64,000 nt of DNA from a virus: positions 1-64,000 of the IMG/VR virus record IMGVR_UViG_3300033144_006256. One strand, written 5' to 3'. Each line of letters opens with the position of its first letter. Positions within the stretch are counted from its first letter, which is position 1. A program made the position numbers and the translations under genes. This document shows, in pieces, positions 10,801-19,042 of this stretch. The notes under the pieces are model-generated. The model did no database searches. It saw nothing but the letters and a program-made list of their open reading frames with translations, and was not told the origin of the DNA.

Positions 10801-10830
10801 GAACATAAATTACATACAACAATAAATTAA
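4852..10830 (+). CDS. 1992-aa multidomain protein: trypsin-like serine protease, beta-strand-rich adhesin-like region, two propeller-like domains, Ser/Thr stalk
   Basis: Catalytic-triad motifs LSNNHV / VDGAL / GGDSGS; repeated RYWVGG..W modules; two sets of GFSSTILDSF repeats; C-terminal S/T tract. Confidence 0.7.
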   Translation: MIKDKKKILELKNKHSKRMMEKHSLTGIGIGYKTTNGIKTDKLSMVFLVEKKLPKNEIPKDKLLPPTLEDVECDVIETGEIKALAYTDKIRPAEPGYSIGHPDITAGTLGCVVYKDIGRYILSNNHVMAHENAAEIGDPIYQPGVYDGGVADDTVAYLDSFVTLEDNATVDGALAIITNNELVTNVGQWGSAITSYSDPEVDDTVYKTGRTTENTTGTVLYEHTDVNINYTDLGVLLIKDCFITDYMADGGDSGSVGRSSDTNAVGLLFAGSSTRTIFNYMSNVVTELGFTFTEPSPRYWVGGEDDWDSTAGSKWSLTDGGAGGASVPTSDNNVYIKSGVCTITEAVSAGTLTHTEGTLDTNDQTLTVTGSFITSGAENRTLDFGSSTINCGSFTYSGSGLTLIEGTSTIIVANSGNFNGNGETYYEVQLNDELHTITGANTFTTLTRTGTATLDNRLTLSANQTITGTFTLTSNSVTNLIFVRSNESGTQRTITAATFTINYASFKDIVCAGAGTPAVPTSAQNLGNNSGITFPTAIRYWVGGAGNWSDGTNHWSLTSSGSAGHTSPGITDDTYFDSNSHNDAYTVTVDKTFYSKDLTFAQPSSGAVTFAGTETLYIYGDLTLVDGMVYSSTGSIYFKATDAGHTITLAGNTADNPIYFDGVSGEWTLQDEFNISENTITLTNGSFVTNDQTVTCDGFESSNSNTRSLTLGSSEITCSGLIAWDINTITNLTFDAGTSTIIFTSYSIMFYGGGLTYYEVQFTCAYARIIITGANTFTNLIKTNTVEDSGASFTTTFRGYERIEKSYIVEEFDTLRLYGDQTITGVLTLTGSSTVPLLVYSSSKGTQRTITAANVSASYTDFQDILGAGADDWDLSSITGGSGDCGGNTDITFTTPATQYWYKNTGDWSDNTKWFLATNGGGGAGRVPLPQDDVVFDANSMDTDSQVITVDRGRIGKNITFANITDNPILDITSWDRYDTYYFISIFGSLTMGTLTFGETTIHYYRMTLLFEGRDSYTLTSNGVSFNCRIGLDAPSGTLTLQDNLLSTARETVDNNTLGGLFIANGTFNANNYNLNIAGIWVDVGAERTINMGSGTWILDGHRGSWTANPYDLTINADTSLIKLTNNSSIDKYFYGDHHTYYNLWNVTEGSGKLIFTDTNTFNDIKIDAGRETQFTGDTTQTVTTFTANGSEGNLITLTSYDDIAYTLTKAGGGTIECDYIDVSKCTAMPEDTWYAGVNSVDSGDNTGWDFATTSTSSTSTSSSSTSVSTSSSSTSTTTILVGNIIGCDSNNDKFYKHNGFSAGILDSFSSPSTAPKGLTHDGSYFYSIDSDSDKVYKHSGFSNTILDSFATGINNPDGITVDDNYFYVSDNNFENTKHYKFSGFSATILDSFSTDGIEAKGITIDFYYFYYSVAYSPLTGINLYKSSAFGGTVLDSFNHGSYTINGITAINTNLCITDSGNKIYKFSGFSTTVLDSFVTTNEQYLAYDDYDARMETTTSTSTSSTSISTTSISTSSTSTTEITTSTSISTSSTSISTTTILQGDIISSDYNTDKIYKHSGFSSTILDSFASPSTYPREITIDNNHLYSLDDDTNKIYKHSGFSPTIIDSINIPSNNPRGITVDNKYLYSSKWNSPKFYKHSGFSSTILDSFASPSTPVPSGLTIDNNYLYSSDNNTDKFYKYSGFSSTILDSFASPSTSPLGLTIDDNYLYSSDSASDKIYKHSGFSLTVLDSFNSPDSNPIGLTQDNYDARIEPTTSTSTSSSSTSVSTSSTSISTSSSSVSISTSTSSSSTSISTSSSSTSISTSSTSLSTSSSSISTSISTSSTSLSTSTSSSSTSLSTSSSSTSTTEITTSTSISTSSTSTSSSSISFSTSTSSSSISTSISTSSTSISTSSSSTSISTSTSSTSISTSSSSTSVSTSISTSSSSVSTSISISTSSTSLSSSTSSSSTSISITSTSSSSTSLTTSITLYFRGYTILNSEHKLHTTIN

Positions 10831-10902
10831 AATTGATTGAATAATCAAATTATGCTATAATATAACTATAACCGTTATAGAAAACGAAATTAAAGTAAAC
10901 CA

Positions 10903-11874
10903 TTGAATACTTTATTTGCGATAACTGAAGACCATATTTTAACAGAACGGCTTGAATTATCAGCCGATGCAAGTTCTGGGCAAGCAGATGTAGCATTTAA
11001 AAATGTTACAACTGTTTTAGTAAATGATTATATAATATTAGGGACAATGGGTTCAGAAACTGCTGAAATATTACAAATAGATAGTATATCAGGATTAACA
11101 GTAACATTTAAAAGTAACCTTTTATATAACCATAAAGAATATGATATAGCCGTAAAAACACTTTTCAATAAAAGAAAATTCTGGCGTAAAAATACAGGGG
11201 AAAGCGTATATACACAATTAATTGATGAAGGTTCGCCAAAAACAATAGAAGTTGATAATCCAAATGGGACAATGTTAGAAGATTCTAATGGCGTTACTAC
11301 AAGCGTATATAAAGCAACATATTTTAATTCAACAACTAATGTAAATACAGCTGTTGATGATGCAATAGCACAATATGCAGGTGATTCAAGAAATTATGCA
11401 TCACTTTTTAAGATAAAAAGAGAAGCTGGAATGGCTAAAAACCCTTATATAGATGATGATTTAGTATATAATTATAGATTAGAAGCGGAAGGATTGATTA
11501 ACGGAATGTTAGCAGGTATTTATTCAGTTCCTTTTACATCAAATATACCAAAAATTATAACATATATAGCAACATTATTAAGTGCAGGTTACCTTTTACA
11601 AACAGAATATGGGGTAGAAGATGATATTGATATAAATAAAACAGGTACTTCAAAAATTGCTCGTGCTGAAAAATTACTTAATAAAATACTTAATGGCGAT
11701 TTACAATTATTAGATAGCAACAATGAGTTAATAGGCAAATCAAGCAACGCACAAGCATCATATAGTAATGATTATGATGATGATAAAGATGATAAAGGCG
11801 AACTATTTAATCTTGAAAATGAACAGTTTAAAGCGGCAAATCCAGATAATCCACTAAGTAGCACACGGAGGTAG
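10903..11874 (+). CDS. Head-tail adaptor/connector-like protein (C-terminus resembles Mu gp36/DUF1320)
   Basis: C-terminal YASL...AEGLINGMLAGIYSVPF...A.KLL.KI.NG pattern; first gene of the neck block. Confidence 0.5.
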   Translation: MNTLFAITEDHILTERLELSADASSGQADVAFKNVTTVLVNDYIILGTMGSETAEILQIDSISGLTVTFKSNLLYNHKEYDIAVKTLFNKRKFWRKNTGESVYTQLIDEGSPKTIEVDNPNGTMLEDSNGVTTSVYKATYFNSTTNVNTAVDDAIAQYAGDSRNYASLFKIKREAGMAKNPYIDDDLVYNYRLEAEGLINGMLAGIYSVPFTSNIPKIITYIATLLSAGYLLQTEYGVEDDIDINKTGTSKIARAEKLLNKILNGDLQLLDSNNELIGKSSNAQASYSNDYDDDKDDKGELFNLENEQFKAANPDNPLSSTRR

Positions 11875-11876
11875 CT

Positions 11877-12332
11877 ATGATTGAAATAGATGTTACGGGT
11901 GTAAAAAATGTAAATGAAATACTAATTTCTTTAAATAGGCGATTAAAAAATATCAATCAGCCATTAAAACAAAGTGGAAGGTTATTTTTAAAAGCAATCC
12001 AAGACAATTATAATACGCAAGGGAAAACATTCGGCAAGCCGTGGAAGCCGTTAAAACCAGCAACAATAAGGGCAAAACAGAAATTAGGATATTTAGGAGC
12101 GGGACCGCTTAACAGAACAGGCACAATGAAAAGAAGTTTTAAAATGAAAATGGGAAAAAGCGAAGTTATTATATCAAATCCTACAAGTTATTATCCATAT
12201 CATCAAAGTTCAGCACCAAGAAGAGTAATACCACGCAGGGTTACTATGCGGATGGATAGAGAAAGAAGAACCCAGATATTTAAAATCTTTCAAAGATATG
12301 TTGTAGATATATTGCAAAAACGGAGAAAATAG
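11877..12332 (+). CDS. Phage virion morphogenesis (Mu gpG-like) neck protein
   Basis: G.PW.PLKPAT...L.RTG.M.RS...YHQ....IP.R motif. Confidence 0.75.
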   Translation: MIEIDVTGVKNVNEILISLNRRLKNINQPLKQSGRLFLKAIQDNYNTQGKTFGKPWKPLKPATIRAKQKLGYLGAGPLNRTGTMKRSFKMKMGKSEVIISNPTSYYPYHQSSAPRRVIPRRVTMRMDRERRTQIFKIFQRYVVDILQKRRK

Positions 12333-12821
12333 GTGTATAATTCATTAACCAAAATTAAAGATATTTTAAGAACAAATATAGGCACAGGAAAAGTGAAAAA
12401 GATTTTTATTGGCGATCCGTATATGATACCAACATCGCAACTTCCTTGTGTAGCAGTAGTTCCCGTATTAACAGGTGTAGATGTGGCAGATAATACAAGG
12501 GATGCTAATATATTTGAAATAGATATAGTTGGAATAGAAAATATTAAAAGTTATTTTGGAGAAAAACTTGATGAAATGGTTGGGGTAAAAGCGTTAATAA
12601 ATATTATGGAAGAAAGAAACAGCAGTGGAACATTGCAATCAGATACAGTTTTATATCAATTAAGGGATAATCTACAATTAGGTAATAATTGGCAGATAAA
12701 TAATATTGCTGGTATAGAATATTCAAGAATAGGTGAAGGGCGACCACGACCAGAACAGTTGATAACGATAGAAGCATCTATAAGAATAACAATTACAAGA
12801 TTTAACAATAGACCAACATAA
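12333..12821 (+). CDS. Putative tail terminator/completion protein
   Basis: Size, LPCVAV motif and position between neck and tail tube genes. Confidence 0.45.
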   Translation: MYNSLTKIKDILRTNIGTGKVKKIFIGDPYMIPTSQLPCVAVVPVLTGVDVADNTRDANIFEIDIVGIENIKSYFGEKLDEMVGVKALINIMEERNSSGTLQSDTVLYQLRDNLQLGNNWQINNIAGIEYSRIGEGRPRPEQLITIEASIRITITRFNNRPT

Positions 12822-13012
12822 TGAAAAAAATTATAAATACTTATCCGAAAACATTATCGTTTTCTGATATAAGATTAAATATACAATCTAGCGAAATATT
12901 GAATGTGCCAGATAGCATAGCAAAGTATATGCTTGTAAATCCGTTCATCAAGCTAGTACAAGCGGATAAATTCCGTAAAACGGGTAATACCCGAATTAAA
13001 AAGAAAGGATAA
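12821..13012 (+). CDS. Small hypothetical protein
   Basis: Overlapping stop/start (TAATG) inside the structural operon. Confidence 0.5.
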   Translation: MKKIINTYPKTLSFSDIRLNIQSSEILNVPDSIAKYMLVNPFIKLVQADKFRKTGNTRIKKKG

Positions 13013-13014
13013 AT

Positions 13015-14010
13015 ATGCCAATTAACAGTGGGCGGTTAGGATGGCTTGGTATAGCACTTAACGCATCAGCAGGTGATGACAATGAACCAGAAAAATATAT
13101 ACCATTTAGAACTTGCACTTTAAAAAGTGTTATGGAACCAATAGAAGATAATGCAGCAAGGGGATTAAGGGAAGCTGTATCTGCTGGTTCATCAACATCA
13201 GATGAAGGCGGTCCTATAATAGGTAAAACAAGGGGGGAAGGGACTACCGAATGTTTTGTAGATGTAGAAAATGCACCTTATCTACTTATACCAGCATTAG
13301 GCTCAGTTTCAACAACAGCTGCATCAGGTGAAGCGGCAGTTTATGAGCATACTATTACAAGGAAAGCTGCAAACGCACCGAAAACAGCAACACTTACATC
13401 GTATAGGGTAGTTGATACTGAAAAATATCTTTATGCAACAGCAAATTCAACTACATTAGCTGTTAGCGATGGTGAATTTACAATATCAACCGATTGGATT
13501 AGTAAATTCCCAATAGCAGGCTCAGGTTCAAAATCATTAACAGAAGAAAGAATATTAAGTTTTAAAGATTATACTGTTAAATTCGGTGATGATTTAACCG
13601 CGGCAGATAGTGCAGAAGCAACACCATTAACAGGATTTACGCTAACTATAAATAATAATGCAGAAGCACATTATTTAAGCGGTTCAAACGATGTAAATGT
13701 AGTAAGTTTAGGAAACTTTGAATTGTCAGGTGATTTTAGTTTATTCTTTGAATCTGAAACACAAAAAGATATTTATGAAACACTTGATAAAAAAGCAATG
13801 GTAATATCAATCACAGGTGCATCAATTGGAAATTCAGAAACAGCAGAAATACAGATCAGAATACCACGTGTTTATTTTACAGATCATTCAGTTGAAACAG
13901 GAATTGATGGATTTTATGCTGAAACACCATCTTGGAAAGCAGGATATGATAGCGGACAATCAAGTTCTATAACCGTTATAATAACTAACGAAACAGCAAG
14001 TTATACTTAA
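13015..14010 (+). CDS. Major tail tube protein
   Basis: 331 aa, acidic and beta-rich, FTLTINNN motif, GAAAGG RBS, followed by a terminator, then chaperone and tape measure genes. Confidence 0.75.
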   Translation: MPINSGRLGWLGIALNASAGDDNEPEKYIPFRTCTLKSVMEPIEDNAARGLREAVSAGSSTSDEGGPIIGKTRGEGTTECFVDVENAPYLLIPALGSVSTTAASGEAAVYEHTITRKAANAPKTATLTSYRVVDTEKYLYATANSTTLAVSDGEFTISTDWISKFPIAGSGSKSLTEERILSFKDYTVKFGDDLTAADSAEATPLTGFTLTINNNAEAHYLSGSNDVNVVSLGNFELSGDFSLFFESETQKDIYETLDKKAMVISITGASIGNSETAEIQIRIPRVYFTDHSVETGIDGFYAETPSWKAGYDSGQSSSITVIITNETASYT

Positions 14011-14017
14011 AATTTAT

Positions 14018-14043
14018 AGCTGGGCTACGCTAGCCCAGCTTTT
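14018..14043 (+). terminator. Intrinsic terminator after the tail tube gene
   Basis: AGCTGGGCTA-CGC-TAGCCCAGCT followed by a T run. Confidence 0.75.
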
Positions 14044-14077
14044 AATCAACTAAGTTAAAAATATGCCAAAGATATAG

Positions 14078-14105
14078 TTGACAATTTACAGAGATATATT
14101 ATAAT
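14078..14105 (+). promoter_or_regulatory. Sigma70-type promoter for a probably leaderless tnpB mRNA
   Basis: TTGACA-16 nt-TATAAT, with ATG 6 nt after the -10 box and no SD. Confidence 0.75.
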
Positions 14106-14111
14106 CTATAT

Positions 14112-15260
14112 ATGGAAAAAGGAATAAAATATAGGTTATATCCTAATAATAAACAAAGAATATTATTAGAAAAACATTTTGGTGCTACAAGATGGTTATA
14201 TAATTATAGTTTGAATAAAAAAATAAAACTATATCAGAGAAGAAACAAGTCGATAAGTTGTTTTGATTTAATAAAAGAAATCCCTAAATTAAAAGATGAT
14301 AGAGAATGGTTAAAAGAAGTTAATTCGCAATCTTTACAGATGGAATTACGCCAACTAGATAATGCTTTCACAAGATTTTTTAGAGAGAAAAAAGGGTTTC
14401 CAAATTTTAAATCAAAGAAGAAAAAAAACTCGTTTAGTATACCACAAGGTAATAGAATAGAAGATAACAAAGTTTCTTTTATAAAGATTGGTAGTATTAA
14501 AGCTAAAATAGACAGAAAATTTGATGGGAGAATAATAAAAGCAACAATAAGTAAAAATAATATAAACCAATATTTTGTTTCATATATTATAGATACCAAT
14601 AATATATTAGAGCATACCAGAAATATCAATAAGAAAACAACTGTTGGGATTGATTTAGGGATAAAACACTTTGCTATTCTATCAAGTGGAGAAAAAATTG
14701 ATAATCCGAAATTTTTAAGAAAATCAGAGCAAAGATTAGCCATTCTTCAAAAAAGATTAAGCAAAAAGAAAAAAGGTAGTAACAATAGAATAAAAGCAAG
14801 ATATAAAGTAGCTAAAATACATAACAAAATATCAAATCAAAGGTCGTATTTCTTACATAATCTAACTTCAAAGCTAACCAACGATAACCAAGTTGATACA
14901 TACGCTATTGAAAATCTAAACATAAATGGAATGATAAAGAACCACTGTTTAGCAAAATCAATTAGTGATGTTAGTTGGGGCGAATTTGTAAGGCAATTAT
15001 CTTATAAATGCAAATGGTATGGCAAAAATCTATTAACAATCGGTAGATTTGAACCAAGTAGCAAAATGTGTAGTTGTGGGTATATAAATAAAGAATTAAA
15101 ACTTTCAGATAGAGAATGGGAATGCCCAGAATGTAAAGTAACCCACGATAGGGATATACTTGCATCGAATAACATTAAAAAATTTGCATTACAAAATCAA
15201 AACTTAATAAATAATTCACCGTTGTTGAAACGGGTAGAGCCTGTGGAGCTGTCGCATTAG
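14112..15260 (+). CDS. tnpB: RNA-guided endonuclease TnpB (IS200/IS605 family)
   Basis: N-terminal KYRLYP HTH; RuvC D/E/D intact (GIDLG, IENL, HDRD); CSCG..CPEC zinc finger. Confidence 0.95.
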   Translation: MEKGIKYRLYPNNKQRILLEKHFGATRWLYNYSLNKKIKLYQRRNKSISCFDLIKEIPKLKDDREWLKEVNSQSLQMELRQLDNAFTRFFREKKGFPNFKSKKKKNSFSIPQGNRIEDNKVSFIKIGSIKAKIDRKFDGRIIKATISKNNINQYFVSYIIDTNNILEHTRNINKKTTVGIDLGIKHFAILSSGEKIDNPKFLRKSEQRLAILQKRLSKKKKGSNNRIKARYKVAKIHNKISNQRSYFLHNLTSKLTNDNQVDTYAIENLNINGMIKNHCLAKSISDVSWGEFVRQLSYKCKWYGKNLLTIGRFEPSSKMCSCGYINKELKLSDREWECPECKVTHDRDILASNNIKKFALQNQNLINNSPLLKRVEPVELSH

Positions 15261-15320
15261 CGAGGTATTGAAGCAGGAATTAACGAAAGGATAAATCAAA
15301 TGCCAAAGATAGAAGATACT
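15219..15320 (+). ncRNA. Omega-RNA (reRNA) scaffold 1 plus predicted guide
   Basis: Stem CCGTT-GTTGA-AACGG whose loop can pair with TCAA (15296-15299); CCTG-TGGAG...GAAG-CAGG core typical of TnpB RNAs. Confidence 0.7.
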
Positions 15321-15614
15321 ATCAAAAAAATAGATATTATTTTGCCAAGTAATAAAGAAGTAAAATTAACAATTAGAAAAGGTATGTCCGTAGGTGATCT
15401 TGAAGAAGTTAATATAGAAGAAGATGATTTTAAGCGTTCAATAATAATGCTTGAAAAGATGATAGTTAGTTGGAATTTTACTGATAAAGATGAAAACCCA
15501 TTGCCGATAGTATATGATAATATACGGAAATTAAATATATCTGATATGAATTTTATCATTAAAAGTGCGGATATTAAAAACGGTTTTTTAGAGCAGAAGC
15601 AAGAAGAGAAATAG
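15300..15614 (+). CDS. Tail assembly chaperone (G form)
   Basis: IVSWNFTD...LP motif; sits between tail tube and tape measure genes. Confidence 0.75.
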   Translation: MPKIEDTIKKIDIILPSNKEVKLTIRKGMSVGDLEEVNIEEDDFKRSIIMLEKMIVSWNFTDKDENPLPIVYDNIRKLNISDMNFIIKSADIKNGFLEQKQEEK

Positions 15615-15787
15615 CGAAATCGATATGGCTAAACCAAAGGAGCTATCTTGCGACAAAACTATGGTTGTGCAGTGAAATGAGCTGGACGGAACAAGAGTTT
15701 TTAAACCAAAATATTGAATTTGTAGAGGCATTGATTGAATACAAAATACAAATCAGCAAAAAAGCTGAAAGTGATAGAAAAAAATAA
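15584..15787 (+). CDS. -1 frameshift extension of the tail assembly chaperone (GT form)
   Basis: In-frame slippery heptamer T TTT TTA at 15584-15590. The -1 frame is open to TAA 15785-15787 (..WLCSEMSWTEQEFLNQ..), abutting the tape measure ATG. Confidence 0.75.
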   Translation, partial: FFRAEARREIAKSIWLNQRSYLATKLWLCSEMSWTEQEFLNQNIEFVEALIEYKIQISKKAESDRKK

Positions 15788-17872
15788 ATGGCGACAGCAG
15801 ATAATAGTTTAAATATATTTATTAGGGTTAAAACTGAAGCAGAAAAAGCCATTAGAAATGTATCAAAAGAATTAGATACACTTACTAATAATATTTCTTC
15901 TTTTAGTAAAAAAAATGAAGAAGCTATAAAGGCTTCTAATAGATTTGCTATTGGGCTAACTGCTGTTGCTGGTGCTGCTAGTTATATGGGCAAACAAATG
16001 TTAGATGCAGCTGGAACATTTGAACAAAGCCAAATTGCTTTTACAACTATGCTTGGTAGTGCAACCCGTGCAGAAACAATGCTTGATAAACTTGCTGAAT
16101 TTGCTAAAAGAACACCTTTTGAATTAGCTGGGATAGAAGCAAATACAAAACAATTATTAGCAATGGGAATATCTAGCACTAAGATAATGCCAACATTAAA
16201 AGCATTAGGTGATATTTCAGCAGGGTTAAGTGTACCATTAGAAAGATTAGCTTTAAACTTTGGACAAGTAAAAACACAAGGGAAATTAACAGGTAGGGAA
16301 TTAAGAGATTTCTCAGTAGCTGGTGTTCCATTAGTTGCAGAACTTGCAAAACAATTAAACGTTTCTAAATCCGCAATAGCAGAAATGGTTTCTGCTGGTG
16401 ATATAGGGTTTGAAGAAGTTGAAAAAGCATTTATTTCTATGTCCTCTGAAGGTGGTAAATTTAATAATTTAATGGATAAACAATCGAAATCATTAAATGG
16501 TATGATTTCTAATCTTAAAGACGCTTGGGAATTATTTTTAAGAGGTGAAGGACAAAAATTATTAGAATGGGGAAAGCAATTTGTTCAAATGGCAATAGAT
16601 ATAGTTGATAATAAACTTCCAAAATGGATAAATAGAATTGAAGATATAACTAAATATTTAAAAGAACATAAAACTACATTAATTGTTGTTTCTGGGATAA
16701 TAATGGGTGCATTAGCACCAGCTGTTATTTCAGCAGCAACTGCCTTTAGTGCATTAGCATTATCATTAGCACCATTTTTAATAACTGGTGTAATCGCTGG
16801 TGCATTAGCCGCAGGGATAATAGCTATTATAAAAAATTTTGATAAATTAAAAAAAATTGTAGTAGATACTTGGGATAAAATTAAAAATGGTTGGAAGGCA
16901 GTAGCTAATTGGTTTAAAACTGGTGGAGCAGGGACTTGGGGATGGGTTAAAAATTTTTTCAAATCATTGATTGATAGTATAAAAAGTTTTTTTACATTCA
17001 AATGGATAAAAGATGGACTTTTATCACTTAGAGATATGACTAAACGGGTTACCAAAGAAATCACCGAGACTGATGAAGAAAGGATGGCGAGATATAAAAA
17101 AATACAAGAAGAAACGATAAAAAGGGCGTGGGGGATGGAATTAGAATGGCGAGCGAAACAAATAGAAATGGCGGAAGATGCGAAAGAAGCACAAGAAGCA
17201 ATGGCTAGAGCATCAAAAGAGGCATCAGAAGAAGCAGAAAAAGCAGCAAAAGAAGCATCTAAAGCGTGGAAAGAATATGTAAATAAAACGGTGGATAATC
17301 TTCAAAGGTTAAAAGATGAATTTTTTGGTGAAAGAGATGAAGAAGTATCAGCATTAGAAGATATGATTAGTAAAAGGCAAGAATTACAAGACGAGATTAA
17401 ACAAGAGCGTGGTTTGCTAATGGGAACATTTTTAGGCGAACAACTTACTAATAAAGAAATTGAAAAAAGAATGGCATTACACGGGGACGAAATAAAAGCA
17501 CTTGATAAAAGATTTGTAGCAGAACAAACACAAATAGAACAGGCAGAAGAAAGAATAAGGCAATTAAAATCAGAAGAAAAAATACTTGATACTAATACTA
17601 TTAAATTAAGAGCATTACAAAGACAAGCAGTAGTTGAAAAACAAATAACTGGTATGGGATTAGATTTACCAGCCAGAGAAACACCTGGGTTTCAAGCACC
17701 ACTTCCTATAGATTGGATAAAAGCTGGTATGCCATCACAAGGGTTAGCACAAAATATTCTTAACTTTGATTTTAGCGGAGCAAGAATAGAAGATAAAGAA
17801 ACATTTAAAAATGATATTATAGAAGTATTAAGGCAACAAAGTATACTAGGAGTTCAAGGATTAACACAATGA
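15788..17872 (+). CDS. Tail tape measure protein
   Basis: Tape-measure N-terminal domain (FAKRTPFEL..GQVKTQGKLTGRELR), Trp-periodic amphipathic helices, coiled coil. Confidence 0.92.
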   Translation: MATADNSLNIFIRVKTEAEKAIRNVSKELDTLTNNISSFSKKNEEAIKASNRFAIGLTAVAGAASYMGKQMLDAAGTFEQSQIAFTTMLGSATRAETMLDKLAEFAKRTPFELAGIEANTKQLLAMGISSTKIMPTLKALGDISAGLSVPLERLALNFGQVKTQGKLTGRELRDFSVAGVPLVAELAKQLNVSKSAIAEMVSAGDIGFEEVEKAFISMSSEGGKFNNLMDKQSKSLNGMISNLKDAWELFLRGEGQKLLEWGKQFVQMAIDIVDNKLPKWINRIEDITKYLKEHKTTLIVVSGIIMGALAPAVISAATAFSALALSLAPFLITGVIAGALAAGIIAIIKNFDKLKKIVVDTWDKIKNGWKAVANWFKTGGAGTWGWVKNFFKSLIDSIKSFFTFKWIKDGLLSLRDMTKRVTKEITETDEERMARYKKIQEETIKRAWGMELEWRAKQIEMAEDAKEAQEAMARASKEASEEAEKAAKEASKAWKEYVNKTVDNLQRLKDEFFGERDEEVSALEDMISKRQELQDEIKQERGLLMGTFLGEQLTNKEIEKRMALHGDEIKALDKRFVAEQTQIEQAEERIRQLKSEEKILDTNTIKLRALQRQAVVEKQITGMGLDLPARETPGFQAPLPIDWIKAGMPSQGLAQNILNFDFSGARIEDKETFKNDIIEVLRQQSILGVQGLTQ

Positions 17873-17882
17873 GCATTCAATT

Positions 17883-17911
17883 TTGACAAAAAATAAAATA
17901 TTTTGTATAAT
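17883..17911 (+). promoter_or_regulatory. Sigma70-type promoter for a probably leaderless tnpB mRNA
   Basis: TTGACA-17 nt-TATAAT, with ATG (17918) 6 nt after the -10 box; same geometry as cassette 1. Confidence 0.75.
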
Positions 17912-17917
17912 ATAGAT

Positions 17918-19042
17918 ATGTGTAAGAGTTATAGAATAAAGTTATATCCTAACAATATACAAAAACAAGAATTATTAAAATATGCTGGTGCTTGTAGATT
18001 TGTATATAATTATTTTCTTGATAGAAAGAAAACTGAATATTTAAAAAATAGTAAAAATATCCCATATAATAAACTTTCAAAAGAATTAGTAGTTTTAAGA
18101 CACAATACAAGTTGGCTAAAAAATATACCGTTTGTCCCACTCCAACAATCATTAAGGAATTTAGATACTGCATATAATAAATTTTTTAGGAAACAAGCAA
18201 AATTCCCAAAGTTTAAAAGAAAATATAGTAGGCAATCAATAAGAAAAATTAATGGGTGGCATATAAAAAATAATAAGATAGTTTTTTCTAAAGAATTACA
18301 TTTGAAATTTAGGGGTAGAATTACAGAAAACCCAGTAGGCACTTTAACTATATCAAGGAATGCAATTGGAGAATGGTTCGCCTCTGTAATGGAAGATATA
18401 GAAGTTAAAAAAGTAAAGTTAAAAGGCAATATAGGAATTGATTTAGGTATTAAAGATTTGGCTATAACAAGCGATGGCGATAAATACAAGAATTGCAAAC
18501 CATTAAAATCAAATTTAAAACAATTAAGAAAGAAATCAAAAATACTTTCTAAAAAGAAAAAAGGAAGTAATAGAAGAAAGAAAGCAAGATTTGAATTAGC
18601 AATATTGCACAATAAAATTAGTAATATAAGGAATAATCATCTTCATCATACTTCAAAAGCGATTGTTAGCAAAAACCACGCGATAATTGCATTAGAAGAT
18701 TTGGCGGTTATAAATATGATGAAGAATAGAAAACTATCGCAAGCAATATCAGATGTAGGTTGGGCTGAATTAGTAAGGCAAATTACATATAAACAAAGTT
18801 GGATAGGTGGAAAAGTAATCAAAATTAACAGATTTTTCCCTTCATCGAAGACTTGCTCCAAGTGTGGATTTGTTTTAGATAGTTTGCCATTAAATATTAG
18901 AGAATGGCAATGCCCAAAATGCAAAGCAAAACACGACCGCGATGTTAATGCTGGTAAGAATATCTTATCGCAAGCATTAAAAACCGCTAAAAATATTTTA
19001 AAACAAGGGGTTGCGGAACTGCCCCGCGTGGAGAGCAGATAA
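17918..19042 (+). CDS. tnpB: RNA-guided endonuclease TnpB; likely start ATG 17918 rather than TTG 17903
   Basis: SYRIKLYP HTH; RuvC D/E/D intact (GIDLG, LEDL, HDRD); CSKC..CPKC zinc finger. Confidence 0.95.
   Translation: MCKSYRIKLYPNNIQKQELLKYAGACRFVYNYFLDRKKTEYLKNSKNIPYNKLSKELVVLRHNTSWLKNIPFVPLQQSLRNLDTAYNKFFRKQAKFPKFKRKYSRQSIRKINGWHIKNNKIVFSKELHLKFRGRITENPVGTLTISRNAIGEWFASVMEDIEVKKVKLKGNIGIDLGIKDLAITSDGDKYKNCKPLKSNLKQLRKKSKILSKKKKGSNRRKKARFELAILHNKISNIRNNHLHHTSKAIVSKNHAIIALEDLAVINMMKNRKLSQAISDVGWAELVRQITYKQSWIGGKVIKINRFFPSSKTCSKCGFVLDSLPLNIREWQCPKCKAKHDRDVNAGKNILSQALKTAKNILKQGVAELPRVESR

Larger units (their letters stand above)
14075..15311 (+). mobile_element. tnpB/omega-RNA cassette 1 (no tnpA), flanked by a duplication of the start of the chaperone gene
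   Basis: ATGCCAAAGATA occurs at 14063-14074 (then TAG) and again at 15300-15311. Promoter, tnpB and omega-RNA scaffold lie between. Confidence 0.8.
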
